Positions 39,289 to 46,600 of a stretch of 64,000 bases of DNA are shown here, in pieces. Position 1 is the stretch's first letter, and each line of letters opens with the position of its first letter. A model generated the notes under the pieces. The model saw nothing but the letters and a program-made list of their open reading frames with translations. It did no database searches and was not told the origin of the DNA. This DNA is from Abditibacterium sp. (lineage in GTDB: Bacteria; Armatimonadota; Abditibacteriia; Abditibacteriales; Abditibacteriaceae), in NCBI GenBank assembly GCA_965199495.1, contig CBDASK010000003.1, forward strand, positions 2,464,001 to 2,528,000, in the 5' to 3' direction. Made by a program: the position numbers and the translations under genes.

Positions 39289-41238
39289 CTATCCAAAAAC
39301 CGGCGCCGCGCTTTCGTCCAACCGAAACAAAACCAGCGTCGCGTTATCCGGCGCGCCGCGTTGCAACGCCAACTTGAGCAGCGCCCGCGTCGCGCCGCGC
39401 AAATCGTTCCCGCCAATCGCTTCGGACATTTCGCTTTCGACGACCGGCTCCCACAAACCGTCCGAACAGGCCAGCAACACGTCGCCGCTTTGCAAATCCA
39501 AAGTCGGCGTTTGCTTTTGCACCGCCAAAGTGTCAATGAAATAATCGGGTTGCGGATGGCGCTCGCCCAGACTGCGCGTGACTTTGTTGCGGTCGCCGTG
39601 CGTGCGAATTTCCTCAAACGTGATTTCGCCCTGCAACAACAGCGACATCACGAACGAATGATCGCGCGACAAGAGTTCGTATTCGCCATTTCGCAACAAA
39701 TAAAAGCGCCCATCGCCGACATGCGCGATAGACAGGCGTTTTTCGATGACCAAACCGGCGTCGAGCGTGCAGCCACCGCGCGCGCCGCGCGCTTGCATCG
39801 CGTTCACGACGGCGCCGTTCGAGAGCGCCGCCCAATCTTTGACCAACTGCGCTTGCTGCGCGGCGGGCAACGCCGACAAATCCGCGTTATCGGTCGCTCC
39901 GGCCCACGATGACGCGGCGTCCAAAAACGTTTGAACCGCGACTTCACTCGCGACTTCGCCCGCCGCCATGCCGCCCATGCCGTCGGCCACGATAAACGCT
40001 GACCAAGCCAATGGCCCGCTTTCGGTTTCCCACGCGCCGCCAAGCACGCCAAACGCGTCCTGATTGGTGACGCGCGACGGCTCCAAACCAATCGTTGATA
40101 ATCCGCATCCATCGTGCGACACGGTCGGCTTGAGGCGCGCTTTGAGTTTGACGAGCGCCTTATGCAATTCGGACGCGTTGTTAAATCGCGTGTCGGCTTC
40201 GCCCAGCACCCGCCGCAAAATTTGCGGCACGCCCGCCATGACGACGCGCGGCTTCCAACTCAAAAAATCAACGCCGCTTTCGGGCACAGCTTCGCCGGTC
40301 ACGGCGCGATAGAGCAGCGCGCCGACGGCATATAAATCGGAGCGCGCGTCTACTTTGCCGGGCTGCAAAAGTTCGGGCGCCGAATAGCCCGCCAGCGAAA
40401 GCGCCGCTTCGAGCGGTTCGCCAATCGGCGCGGCGAACGAACAATCCAAGATTTGCACCGGTTTGCCCGAAACGATGTCTTCAGGCCGCAACCCCAAATG
40501 CGCGAATCCAACTTCGTGCAAGCGCACCAAGAACGCCGCGACTTGCGTTAAAAGCAACAAAGTCTCGCCCAGAAACTCGGTTTCGCTGGCTTCGCGCTGT
40601 TCGGCGGGCAATGCAGCCACGGCGGCTTCGTGCGCGCTGAAAAACTGGCCAAGCGTCGGCCCACTCGTCGGCATCTCGGTCGCGAGATAAACGCAATTAT
40701 CGCTCGCAAAACCACTAATCACGCGCGGCAACATCGCCAAGCGCGCGGCCTCTTCCCAGTGCGCGCGCCACATCTTTTCGCGGCTCAAGCGCTCGCCCCA
40801 TTCGCCGCTCGCCTGCCGCAAACGCCCGGCTTGTTCTTCGCCATCGCCGCGTTGCCAGCGCGCGCGATAAACGTTCTCGCCGCCGCGCGTCTCCAAATGC
40901 TCTTCGACAATAAAAACGCCATCGAAAGCCCGAATTGGCGCGCCGACTTCCAATATCGGCGGCGCGACCGACGGCAACGGCTCGCTCCATTCTTCGAGTT
41001 CACCATCATCTTCAATTATCGGCGCTATTTCGGTGGAAATTTGCGCTTCGGGCGCGGCGAATTCCACATCGAACTCGGACAAATCGGTTTCGACTTCAGC
41101 GATTGGTTCGAGCGCAATTGGCTCAATAAATTCGGCGATGGGCGCTTCATCGGGCGGCGTGGCTGTTGGCTCGGTAGGCATTTGCGGTTCGGGATTCGAG
41201 GTTTTGCCCGCGCCTTTTAAAATATTGAAGAGGCTCAT
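39289..41238 (-). CDS. Acidic N-terminus - pseudokinase - PP2C (PPM) Ser/Thr phosphatase fusion
   Basis: HLGLRPEDI, LDCS, GYSAPE, DLYAVG; NQDA, VADGMGG, HVGD, DHS, RSLG, CSDGLW, DNAT. Confidence 0.9.
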   Translation of the reverse strand: MSLFNILKGAGKTSNPEPQMPTEPTATPPDEAPIAEFIEPIALEPIAEVETDLSEFDVEFAAPEAQISTEIAPIIEDDGELEEWSEPLPSVAPPILEVGAPIRAFDGVFIVEEHLETRGGENVYRARWQRGDGEEQAGRLRQASGEWGERLSREKMWRAHWEEAARLAMLPRVISGFASDNCVYLATEMPTSGPTLGQFFSAHEAAVAALPAEQREASETEFLGETLLLLTQVAAFLVRLHEVGFAHLGLRPEDIVSGKPVQILDCSFAAPIGEPLEAALSLAGYSAPELLQPGKVDARSDLYAVGALLYRAVTGEAVPESGVDFLSWKPRVVMAGVPQILRRVLGEADTRFNNASELHKALVKLKARLKPTVSHDGCGLSTIGLEPSRVTNQDAFGVLGGAWETESGPLAWSAFIVADGMGGMAAGEVASEVAVQTFLDAASSWAGATDNADLSALPAAQQAQLVKDWAALSNGAVVNAMQARGARGGCTLDAGLVIEKRLSIAHVGDGRFYLLRNGEYELLSRDHSFVMSLLLQGEITFEEIRTHGDRNKVTRSLGERHPQPDYFIDTLAVQKQTPTLDLQSGDVLLACSDGLWEPVVESEMSEAIGGNDLRGATRALLKLALQRGAPDNATLVLFRLDESAAPVFG

Positions 41239-41254
41239 AACTTGGGAGAAATTT

Positions 41255-41349
41255 GTAGAGACGCCGATTTATCGCGTCTAAAACGTGAATGAATTCGTGA
41301 AGTTTGCGGGCACTTCCACGTTTTAGACGCGATAAATCGGCGTCTCTAC
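41255..41349. repeat. GTAG-type REP doublet (same family as 39171-39267)
   Basis: Perfect 33-bp IR GTAGAGACGCCGATTTATCGCGTCTAAAACGTG (41255-41287 / 41317-41349). Confidence 0.92.
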
Positions 41350-41358
41350 GGCATTGCA

Positions 41359-42003
41359 TCAATCCACTCCGAACTCGAAACGCGCGTTGCCCAGCGAAAT
41401 TTCGTCGCCTGCGTTTAATTCCTGTTCGCCGCTCAAACGCGAAAACGCGCCTGCGCCGCCCGCGCGCCAAAAGGTGCCGTTGCTCGATCCCATATCTTTG
41501 ACAAACCATTTGCTGTTGCCACCATCGCGGCGAAACTCGGCGTGATGGCGCGAAACATACGACGCTTCGGGCAAAGGCGCCAAATCTACGTCAACCGGGC
41601 CACTATCGGGATCGAAGCGCCCGACGACGGCGCCGCTGGCAAAACGAAACGTTTCGCTTGTCAAAGCGCCGCCGCGCCGCAACGTGATATGCGCCATCTC
41701 GGTCGCCGTGGCTGCTGTGGGCACAGGCGTTGATGCGATTTGCGATTTATCGAGAACAACTGTCGAATCGGACGGGGAAAATTCGTAATTCGGCGCGTCC
41801 AGATTCATCGGTTCGGCGGCGTTATCGCCGCCGAATTCGTTGCCAAAGTCAACGGTATAACCGGCGCCGTCGTTGCCGCCGCTTGCAATGGGCGCGATTT
41901 GCGGCGCGTTGGCGGCGGGAACGGACTCGAATTCCATGCCGCAGTCGGGACAGACATCGGCATCGTCGGCGACGCTGGCGCCGCAGGTTAAACAGGTTTT
42001 CAT
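41359..42003 (-). CDS. Zinc-ribbon plus FHA domain protein
   Basis: CLTC..CPDC; VGR..VDL..VSRHHA..DMGSSNGT; TAGAAT 7 nt before ATG 42003. Confidence 0.92.
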   Translation of the reverse strand: MKTCLTCGASVADDADVCPDCGMEFESVPAANAPQIAPIASGGNDGAGYTVDFGNEFGGDNAAEPMNLDAPNYEFSPSDSTVVLDKSQIASTPVPTAATATEMAHITLRRGGALTSETFRFASGAVVGRFDPDSGPVDVDLAPLPEASYVSRHHAEFRRDGGNSKWFVKDMGSSNGTFWRAGGAGAFSRLSGEQELNAGDEISLGNARFEFGVD

Positions 42004-42050
42004 AGGACGCATTCTATTTTAGTTGATTCGGTGGACAAATTCGCCAAATA

Positions 42051-43247
42051 TTAACCCAACTTATTCACCCACATCATCGGAATCGCGTAGCTCATGCCGG
42101 TGCCCTCGACGCCGCTCGAAATGACACCGACGACCTCGCCGCGATTATTTACAACCGGCCCGCCCGAATTGCCGTGTGTGACTGAGCCGCCCAACTGAAT
42201 CACCGAAACCGCGCCACTTTTGTCGGTTTGCAAACGTTCGACGCGCACGGCTTTCACCGAAACCGAAGGCAAATCGCCATCGAGCGTTAAAGTTTGCACG
42301 CCAAGCGGAAAGCCGACGACGTAAACCTCGTCGGTTTCTTGCAGCGCTTCGGAACGGCCCGCCGAAAGCGCCGGAGATTGCCCGGCGTCGAGCGTGATTG
42401 TGGCCAAATCGTCCTGAAAGTCGGCGCCCTGCGTTTGGGGCGCGACGCGGATGCTCGAAGCAGCCACGGCGACGCTTCGTTCGCGCGGCGTGCCCGCATC
42501 GAAGATCAAACGGCAAGGGGCGACGCTGCCATCGGCGTTGACGACGACATGGCGATTGGTCACGATGCGGCGCGCATCGCCCAGCGCGAACCCCGAACCC
42601 ATCGCCCACGCGTTGCCGTCGCGGTGCGCGATTAACACTGTCGCGGCTTTGACATTTTGCAACGCGGCGGGCGCCAATTTGCCGCCGACCGGTTCGACGC
42701 CGGGCGCCAGTTGCGTTTGAGAGGCGTCCACATTTGTCGGCGCGGCGGGCACTTTGGGCAAATTCTCGACGCGGGCGCTGGGCGCCGTGGCTGCATCGGG
42801 CGCGCCCTGTCCGCGCAGTCCTATGACGCCCAGCACCAGCACAATCGCCGCCGTGCCCGCGATGCCCCCTTTTTGCGGCGCGCCCAATGCGTGCCATCTG
42901 TTCAGTTTTTGCTTGGCGTTACTTTTAACCTCGCTCGCAGACGATTTTCGCGATGACGGCAATTGCACCGTCGCGTTGAAATCGCCCAGTTGGATTTGGT
43001 CGCCGTCGCGCAAGTTGGCTTTGTCCACTTTCTTGCCGTTGACCAGCAAACCGTTGGTGGAGTGTTCATCGCTGACCGACAAAGTTTTGCCGTCCCAACC
43101 GAAGCGCGCGTGACGTCGCGAAACGCGTTGATAACCGCTCAGTTCCAGATCGCAATCGGCGGCGCGCCCGATGAATTGCGTGCCGGTGAGAGCCAGCGTG
43201 CGGCCCGTCATTGGGCCGCTTTGAACGAGAAGCGTAGGGAAATTCAT
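42051..43247 (-). CDS. FHA - TM - trypsin-like serine protease
   Basis: IGR..VSRRHA..STNG; single TM; GSGF, TNRHVV, DLA, GNSGGP. Confidence 0.9.
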   Translation of the reverse strand: MNFPTLLVQSGPMTGRTLALTGTQFIGRAADCDLELSGYQRVSRRHARFGWDGKTLSVSDEHSTNGLLVNGKKVDKANLRDGDQIQLGDFNATVQLPSSRKSSASEVKSNAKQKLNRWHALGAPQKGGIAGTAAIVLVLGVIGLRGQGAPDAATAPSARVENLPKVPAAPTNVDASQTQLAPGVEPVGGKLAPAALQNVKAATVLIAHRDGNAWAMGSGFALGDARRIVTNRHVVVNADGSVAPCRLIFDAGTPRERSVAVAASSIRVAPQTQGADFQDDLATITLDAGQSPALSAGRSEALQETDEVYVVGFPLGVQTLTLDGDLPSVSVKAVRVERLQTDKSGAVSVIQLGGSVTHGNSGGPVVNNRGEVVGVISSGVEGTGMSYAIPMMWVNKLG

Positions 43248-43314
43248 CGGAGCAAACGCACCAGAGTCGCGCGCTGGAAGTATGAAATAATTCGAGATGA
43301 GTTGACGAAAAACC

Positions 43315-43351
43315 AAAAACGCCCACCGAAAGTCAATCGGCGGGCGTTTTT
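43315..43351 (-). terminator. Terminator downstream of tRNA-Pro
   Basis: AAAAACGCCCACCGA..TCGGCGGGCGTTTTT. Confidence 0.75.
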
Positions 43352-43361
43352 AAATTGCAAT

Positions 43362-43435
43362 TCGGGATAGCCGGATTTGAACCGACGACCTCTTGACCCC
43401 CAGTCAAGCGCGCTACCAAGCTGCGCCATATCCCG
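43362..43435 (-). tRNA. tRNA-Pro (GGG), CCA not encoded
   Basis: CGGGATATGGCGCAGCTTGGTAGCGCGCTTGACTGGGGGTCAAGAGGTCGTCGGTTCAAATCCGGCTATCCCGA folds as a cloverleaf with anticodon GGG. Confidence 0.97.
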
Positions 43436-43450
43436 CGAAAAGCGAACTCT

Positions 43451-43479
43451 ATCTTACCGCGTTTTCGCGCGCGCGTCAA
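43451..43479 (-). promoter_or_regulatory. Sigma70-type promoter of tRNA-Pro
   Basis: TTGACG - 17 nt - TAAGAT on the minus strand. Confidence 0.75.
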
Positions 43480-43899
43480 GCGAACGCTTTATTTTCTGCG
43501 TTGCCGATTGCACGCGCACTATAAGCGGAACTTCTCGTCTGAATAACTCCCGCCGCCCTTCAACCTTTGAAGCTCTGTTTTGGATTGCCGTTATCGGCCA
43601 TTTAGAGGATGCGTAGAGAAGAGTTGCTCCCCAGACTTTGAGAGTGGTTTTTCTTTGAAAGTTCTCTTAATTCTGTTCGGCAACCCCAAAGAAAAGAGGC
43701 GGGTTTTCCCTGCGATTTTTAGCCGAAGTCTTTAATCCCGACCTTTATGCGAGGGATTAGCAAAACGCTGCTGATGCGCTGTGCCCGTTGCGCTCATACT
43801 TTGATCGCCCCATTTCGCGCCCGAATTTTCTGGTAAGCTGCAATTGGTTTTGCGCTGTTGCGTTTGTTGGTCACTCTTTTCAAGGACGCTGCATTTCTC

Positions 43900-45849
43900 A
43901 TGTCCGTTTTTACGCCCTCTGCCTCGACGCAGGCCGATTTGCAAAACGCAAGTCAGCCCGTCGGTTCGCCTAATGGTTCGCCCGCCGCGTCGCTTTCGCG
44001 CGGGCAACGCCGCTTCGCGAAATACGGTTGGTTTCTGCTGGCCTATATGCTGGCGGCCATCGTGTGGGGCGTGTTCTTGCGAGCGACCGGTTCGGGCGAC
44101 GGTTGCGGCGCGCACTGGCCCTTATGCGACGGCGTGCTGATTCCCAATAACGGCTCGATGCTCAAGGCGTATATCGAAAGCATTCACCGCATCAGCACCG
44201 AGCTTTTGGGATTGTTCGTGATTATTCAGTTGGTGTGGGCGTTTCGCGCGTTTCCCAAAAAACATTTGGTTCGACTGGGTGCCATCGCGACTTTGTTTTT
44301 CACCCTGACCGAGGGTTGGTTGGGCGCGAAATTGGTTTTGCTGAAATTAGTCGCCTACTCGGACGCGCCGCAACGCATTTACTGGTTCGCCGGACATTCG
44401 GTCAACACGTTCTGTCTGGTCGGCGCGCTGGCTTTAACCGCGTGGTGGGCGACGACCAATCGGCGCTTGCAGTTGAAGAATCAAGGCCCGTTATTGGCGT
44501 TGGGATTGGCGGCGATTGTCGCGACTGTGGGATTATCGGTCACCGGTTCGATTTCGGCGTTGGGCGATACGCTTTATCCCGCGTCGAGCCATCTCGAAGT
44601 GATGAGCCAATCGTTGTTGCCGACCGCCACTTTCGTGATGAAAGCGCGTCCGGTTCATCCGTATACGGCGGTTGTTGTGGCGATGTTTTTGGCTCTCATG
44701 GCGGGCTTGCTTAACCATCTGCGGCCCTCGCCCAACACGCGGCGCTTCACGTTGTGGCTGTGGTTTATGCTGGGCGCGCAAATGGTGATTGGTCTGCTTA
44801 ACGTCGGCTTGCTGGCGCCGATTACTATGCAGTTGATTCATTTGGCATCGGCGCAACTGTTGTGGATTTCCTTAATTTTGCTATTTGCCTCGGCGTTTGC
44901 CGTGGGCGTGCCGCAAGTCGAAATGCAGCATATTCCGCGTGCGGTGTTGGACGGCGCGCGCGGCGGCATCAAAGATTATGTGGCGCTCACCAAGCCGCGC
45001 GTAATTTCGCTGTTGTGGTTCACCACGATGACGGGAATGTTCATCGCGGCGGGCGGTTGGCCGGGCGGCAGTTTTCTGAGCGGGCTGTGGCTGTTAGCAG
45101 CCACGGGCGCCGGGTTGTATGCGGCGGCGGGCAGTTCCAACGCGATTAATATGGTTTGCGAGCGCGACTTGGATGTGCGCATGGAGCGCACGGCTTCGCG
45201 CCCGACGGTGACCGAGCGCATTCATCCGCGCACGGCGCTGTGGTTTGCGTTTGGCCTCGAAGCGTTTTCGTTTGGGTTGTTGTGGTGGAGTTCCAATCTA
45301 TTGGCTGCCACGTTGGCTTTGGCGGGATTGGTGGTCTACGTCAACGTTTATACTCTGCTGCTGAAGCGCCGGACTTGGAGCAATATCGTCATTGGCGGCG
45401 CGGCGGGGGCGTTTCCCCCTCTTGTCGGATATGCTGCTGTCGCCAATACTCTGTCGCCGTTGGCGTGGCTGCTGTTCGCTCTGGTCTTTGTATGGACGCC
45501 GGTTCACTTCTGGGCCTTAGCGATTATGATCAAAGACGATTACGCCAAAGCCGGAGTGCCGATGCTGCCCGTCGTCAAGGGCAACCGTTATACTGTCGCC
45601 CAAATCGGGCTGTATGGCGTAATTACAGTAATCTGTTCGATTGTGCCGCTATGGTTTGGTTTGGGCTGGCTTTACGCGATTGCGGCGGTCGCATTGAACG
45701 TGTTGCTCGCCCGTGGCTGCTGGTTGTTGTGGCGTAATATAGATGATCGCAAGCGCGCATCGGGCTTGTTTCATTATTCGATGATTTATCTGGCGCTGCT
45801 GTTTTTGGCGATGGCGATTGATAAATCGATTCCGTTTGGGAAAATGTAA
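43900..45849 (+). CDS. Fused heme A synthase (CtaA) and heme O synthase/protoheme IX farnesyltransferase (CtaB)
   Basis: TGSGDGCGAHWPLC, ESIHR, HL; then LTKPRV, D..M.RT..RP, LKRRT, GGAAGA.PP, WTPVHFWAL, DYAKAGVPMLP. Confidence 0.93.
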   Translation: MSVFTPSASTQADLQNASQPVGSPNGSPAASLSRGQRRFAKYGWFLLAYMLAAIVWGVFLRATGSGDGCGAHWPLCDGVLIPNNGSMLKAYIESIHRISTELLGLFVIIQLVWAFRAFPKKHLVRLGAIATLFFTLTEGWLGAKLVLLKLVAYSDAPQRIYWFAGHSVNTFCLVGALALTAWWATTNRRLQLKNQGPLLALGLAAIVATVGLSVTGSISALGDTLYPASSHLEVMSQSLLPTATFVMKARPVHPYTAVVVAMFLALMAGLLNHLRPSPNTRRFTLWLWFMLGAQMVIGLLNVGLLAPITMQLIHLASAQLLWISLILLFASAFAVGVPQVEMQHIPRAVLDGARGGIKDYVALTKPRVISLLWFTTMTGMFIAAGGWPGGSFLSGLWLLAATGAGLYAAAGSSNAINMVCERDLDVRMERTASRPTVTERIHPRTALWFAFGLEAFSFGLLWWSSNLLAATLALAGLVVYVNVYTLLLKRRTWSNIVIGGAAGAFPPLVGYAAVANTLSPLAWLLFALVFVWTPVHFWALAIMIKDDYAKAGVPMLPVVKGNRYTVAQIGLYGVITVICSIVPLWFGLGWLYAIAAVALNVLLARGCWLLWRNIDDRKRASGLFHYSMIYLALLFLAMAIDKSIPFGKM

Positions 45850-45894
45850 GTGAAGGACGCAAGTTAATCTGACCGTAAAGGTTTTTAATTTTTC

Positions 45895-46584
45895 ATGGCT
45901 CAACTGTTTCATCCAGCCAGCAACACCCTCGCCAAGCTGTCCATCGTCAGCGGCGTTTTGGGTGTGCCGCTTCTCATCGGCGCGGGCTACGCGATCAACA
46001 TGACTTACGGTTATGCGGTCTACAAACCCGTGGTTCAGCCGGTGCAGTTTTCGCATAAACATCACAACTGGGACGACGGCATTGACTGCCGTTATTGCCA
46101 TACTTCGGTCGAGAAATCCACTTCGGCGGGTATGCCCGATACGCACACCTGTATGTCGTGCCACTCGCAGATTTGGAGCGATTCGCCCGAACTTGCGCCG
46201 GTGCGCGCGTCCTACGTTTCGGGCCAGCCCATCGAGTGGAACCGCGTTCACGATTTGCCCGACTTCGTTTATTTCAACCACTCTTTGCACATCAACAAAG
46301 GCGTGGGCTGCGAATCGTGTCATGGTCGCATTGATCAGGCGCCGCTGGCGATGAAGGTTCATACTTTTTCGATGCAGTGGTGTTTGGATTGCCATCGCCA
46401 TCCCGAAAAATTCCTGCGCCCCAAAGAGGCCGTGTGGACGATGGGCTGGACGGCTGCCGACGCGGGCACAAACCCCGATACCGGCAAGCCCTTTACCCAG
46501 CGCGAATTGGGCACCAAGCTCGTCACCGAATATAAAATCGGCCACGAGCGTTATCTGACGGATTGTTACACCTGCCACGGTTAA
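45895..46584 (+). CDS. actA: Alternative complex III pentaheme cytochrome c ActA
   Basis: Five CxxCH (CRYCH, CMSCH, CESCH, CLDCH, CYTCH); QPVQFSHKHH; DFVYFNHS. Confidence 0.93.
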   Translation: MAQLFHPASNTLAKLSIVSGVLGVPLLIGAGYAINMTYGYAVYKPVVQPVQFSHKHHNWDDGIDCRYCHTSVEKSTSAGMPDTHTCMSCHSQIWSDSPELAPVRASYVSGQPIEWNRVHDLPDFVYFNHSLHINKGVGCESCHGRIDQAPLAMKVHTFSMQWCLDCHRHPEKFLRPKEAVWTMGWTAADAGTNPDTGKPFTQRELGTKLVTEYKIGHERYLTDCYTCHG

Positions 46585-46600
46585 AGCGGCGCAAATCATA

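Noticed and set aside
27874..43435. Signalling cluster as an integrative island at tRNA-Pro
   Set aside because: No integrase and no duplicated tRNA 3' end were seen. Codon style and CGTGGCT density resemble the rest of the window.
43480..43899. Riboswitch or ncRNA in the long leader of the respiratory operon
   Set aside because: No recognisable consensus (c-di-GMP, cobalamin, TPP, FMN and others) by eye. An Rfam/Infernal scan would be needed.
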